NCBI RefSeq assembly: GCF_006345805.1
Contig: NW_021835428.1
Location: 1 to 40,257, forward strand
Source: Octopus sinensis
Taxonomy: Eukaryota
Direction of reading: 5' to 3'
Length of the DNA: 40,257 nucleotides
Of the stretch, positions 37,225 through 40,257 are shown piece by piece (position 1 is the stretch's first letter; each line of letters begins with the position of its first letter). The notes beneath the pieces were generated by a model. The model did not search any database. It worked only from the letters and a program-made list of their open reading frames with translations, and was not told the DNA's origin. The position numbers and the translations under genes are program-made.

Positions 37225-37613
37225 TTTTACTTGTTTCAGTTATTTTGACTGCGGCTATGCGGGAGCACCGCCTTTAATCGAGCAACTCGACCCCGGAACT
37301 TATTCTTTGTAAGCCCAGTACTTATTCTATCGGTCTCTTTTGCCGAACCCCTAAGTGACGGGGACATAAACACGCCAGCATCGGTTGTCAAGCAATGCTA
37401 GGGGGACAAACGCAGACACACAAACATACACGCACATACATATATATACATATATACGACGGGCCTCTTTCAGTTTCCGTCCACCAAATCCGCTCACGAG
37501 GTTTTGTCGGCCCGAGGCTACATAGAAAACACGTACCAAGGTGCCACGCAGTGGGACTGAACCCGGAACCATGTGGCTGGTAAACAAGCTACTTACCACA
37601 CAGCCACTCCTGC
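37225..37613 (-). mobile_element. SINE family A, full length
   Basis: Reverse complement of head to tail. Confidence 0.9.
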
Positions 37614-37690
37614 ACTCAATTTCTCAATCTCTTTGGTCGTACATTGTTTGCTTGTTATCTTTGATAATTATGCTCTTTAATCTTCAATAG

Positions 37691-37962
37691 TATATGTCTG
37701 TGTGTCTGTGTTTTGTCCCCGCCCCCAACATCGCTTGACAACCGATGGTGGTGTGTTTACGTTCCCGTAACTTAGCGGTTTGTCATAAGAGACCGATAGA
37801 ATAAGTACTAGGCTTACAAAGAATAAGTCCTGGGGGTCGATTTGCTCGACTAAAGGCGGTGCTCCAGCATGGCCGCAGTCAAAGGACTGAAACAAGTAAA
37901 AGAGTAAACACACCAGCATCGGTTGTCAAGCGATGTTGGGGGACAAACACCGATACACAAAC

Positions 37963-37964
<2 letters not shown>
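37691..37964 (+). mobile_element. SINE family A 3' half followed by an inverted copy of its own 5' part
   Basis: 37904-37964 is the reverse complement of about 37701-37760. Confidence 0.8.
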
Positions 37965-37994
<30 letters not shown>

Positions 37995-38047
37995 TACATA
38001 TATTACATATATAATATATATACTAATATATATAGATATATATATAG

Positions 38048-38112
<65 letters not shown>

Positions 38113-38115
<3 letters not shown>

Positions 38116-38608
38116 AATATAAGAGAGTGTCCACTACGTGGTCGACTCTTGCGCTAAAAATAAATCCGCTATGGTCTCAACCACCAAAAATTGTTTCCAA
38201 GGAGAATTAGCACAACTTTTAATGTAAACGAGCAGGGCAAATGAAAAATAACAAAAATGTAGATTAATTCTAGATTAATTCAAACACACGTGTGGTTTAG
38301 TCGATTATATTCGCAGTTATGATTCGAATGCCCTCGTTAAAGCGCGCCAAGATTTCCGGAAACAAATACTGCATAAAAAATTTACTGCAGTATAATTAAA
38401 ATCAAAAATAAGGGTGAAAAAATTGGATATTAATTTAATAATACCATCAATTTAACACCAAGTTGCTTAGCGCATAAAAACCAGGGATACAATAAAAATT
38501 TATACACAAATATAAGAGAGTATTCACTATGTGGTCGACGCTTGCGCTACTAAAAAATAGCATCCTCTATGGTCTCAACCACCAAAAATTGTTTCCAAGG
38601 AGAATTAG

Positions 38609-38610
<2 letters not shown>
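38113..38610. repeat. Unclassified element with ~100-bp terminal direct repeats (393-bp period) between (TA)n arrays
   Basis: 38113-38212 and 38506-38610 share acaaatataagagagt..ggtctcaaccaccaaaaattgtttccaaggagaattagca. Confidence 0.75.
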
Positions 38611-38654
<44 letters not shown>

Positions 38655-38683
38655 ATATATATATATATATATATAGACATATA

Positions 38684-38867
38684 TACGACGGGCTTCTTTC
38701 AGTTTCCGTCAACCAAATCCACTCACAAGGCTTTGGTCAGCCCGAGGATATAGTAGAAGACACTTGTCCTAGATGCCACGCAGTGGGACTGAACCCGGAA
38801 CCATGTGGTTGATAAGCAAGCTACTTACCACAGAACTACAATATATATATACACATATGTATGTATG

Positions 38868-38901
<34 letters not shown>

Positions 38902-39080
38902 TGTATGTATGTATGTATACGGCAGGTTTCTTTTCAATTTCCGATTACCAAATTCACTCACATGGCTTTGGTCGGCCCCGAGCTACACTAGAAGACATTT
39001 GCCCGAGGCGCTACACAGCAAGACCGAACCTGAAACTATTTCGTTAGGAAGCAAACTTCTTATCACATTGCCATGGCTGC
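38684..39080 (-). mobile_element. Two SINE family A 5' halves separated by (TATG)n
   Basis: 38684-38833 and about 38917-39080. Confidence 0.8.
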
Positions 39081-39523
39081 CCCTCTGTTAGAAATTCCTA
39101 AATCATTGCATGGCTATAGTTCTGTTTTGTGACATTTTTCTTTCTTGGTTATATTTTTCCTGCTTGAAATTTTTTTCTCTCTTTGTCTCTGTTCGCCATT
39201 ATAAAACTCCCGCCGATTTGTTAATTGTCATTGTAATGTCTCTTTATTCAATGCCCCTGTGGCAGAAGACAGAAATAATTGGTATTATATTAATGCCATT
39301 GTTGTTATAGCAGTATCACGTCACCAAAGACTGGGTCTTTTAATTTGCATATGCCACATTGCTGGCAATAACAGCTGTTGATTCCTCTCCAGGGCATCTT
39401 TTAAATACAGTGAGACCTCATTGGATAATTTAGAGTTTTATTTCCGTCGGAATATCGGAATATGACTCTGCAAGTGAGAGATGCCAGCCGTTTCAATCAA
39501 TCCTTAAACACATCTCTCCCTCT

Positions 39524-39585
39524 CCCTCTCTTCATCTCTCTCTCTCTGTCTTTCCCTCTCCCTCTCTCTCTTCTCTCTCCCTCTC

Positions 39586-39629
<44 letters not shown>

Positions 39630-39800
39630 ATACATATTCACACACATAGGCACTCATATACACACAAACACTCATGCACATTTACATGTGTATATACGTA
39701 TATATATATGTGTGTGTGTGGATACACATCTATATATATATATGTATATACCCACCTATGTGGGTATATATGTGTGTGCGTGTTTCTGTCTGTATTTATG

Positions 39801-39832
<32 letters not shown>

Positions 39833-39986
39833 TGTATATTCACGTACATATACATATATATGTACATTCAAACATCTTTAGATATGCATATATAAATGTA
39901 TGTATGTATCTATATATGTATGTATGCATGTGTGTACATGTGTTTATGAGTGTATATGCCTGTATGCGTGTATGTATGTATGTGTC

Positions 39987-40018
<32 letters not shown>

Positions 40019-40100
40019 TGTATGTATGTATGTACGTATGCATGTATGTATAAACAAACACATTCATACATCTGTGAATGTATATATATATATGTACATT
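39524..40100. repeat. (CT)n then mixed TA/TG/TATG microsatellites
   Basis: Directly visible. Confidence 0.9.
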
Positions 40101-40257
40101 TGCGTTTTTCCGGCGTGTTTGTGACGTGTCTGTTTGTGAGTATTTGTGTTATTCGCGTGTCTATATCATTTTTTTTTTTCTTCTTTTTTAATGTAAAGTG
40201 ATTTGTGCATCTGATTAAGCTTTTTCTAATATTTAAATATAATTAAATTTATAAACC

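Overview
Microsatellite-saturated, AT-rich animal genomic DNA with no recognisable host protein-coding gene. The SINE families resemble those I recall from Octopus (coleoid cephalopod); this is recognition, not a database result. Almost every long ORF in the six-frame track is a simple-repeat artefact. The real coding remnants are all from transposons: a pogo/Tigger-type DDE transposase (6.2-7.3 kb), a Tx1/L1-clade ORF2 3' fragment with an unbroken frame lying between two (GATA)n arrays (9.3-10.6 kb), a CR1-group RT 3' fragment with an unbroken frame (20.1-21.2 kb), a GTF2IRD2/Charlie-like hAT transposase (26.8-28.2 kb), an RTE 3' end split by a SINE dimer (31.5-32.5 kb) and an R4/Dong-like 3' end (37 kb). 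There are also five non-autonomous Helitrons, about 25 tRNA-type SINE copies or fragments of several modular families, foldback MITE-like elements and Penelope-type minimal hammerhead motifs. The strongest unexplained signals are five. (1) A 244-bp insertion is stitched from three templates 3-4.4 kb away, joined by microhomologies and bracketed by a 35-bp duplication. (2) A Tx1 LINE appears to target (GATA)n microsatellites. (3) A Helitron is bracketed by a 160-bp direct duplication inside a foldback element. (4) A CR1-group LINE shares its 3' terminus with the commonest SINE here. (5) A near-intact minimal hammerhead ribozyme motif lies at 24.1 kb.
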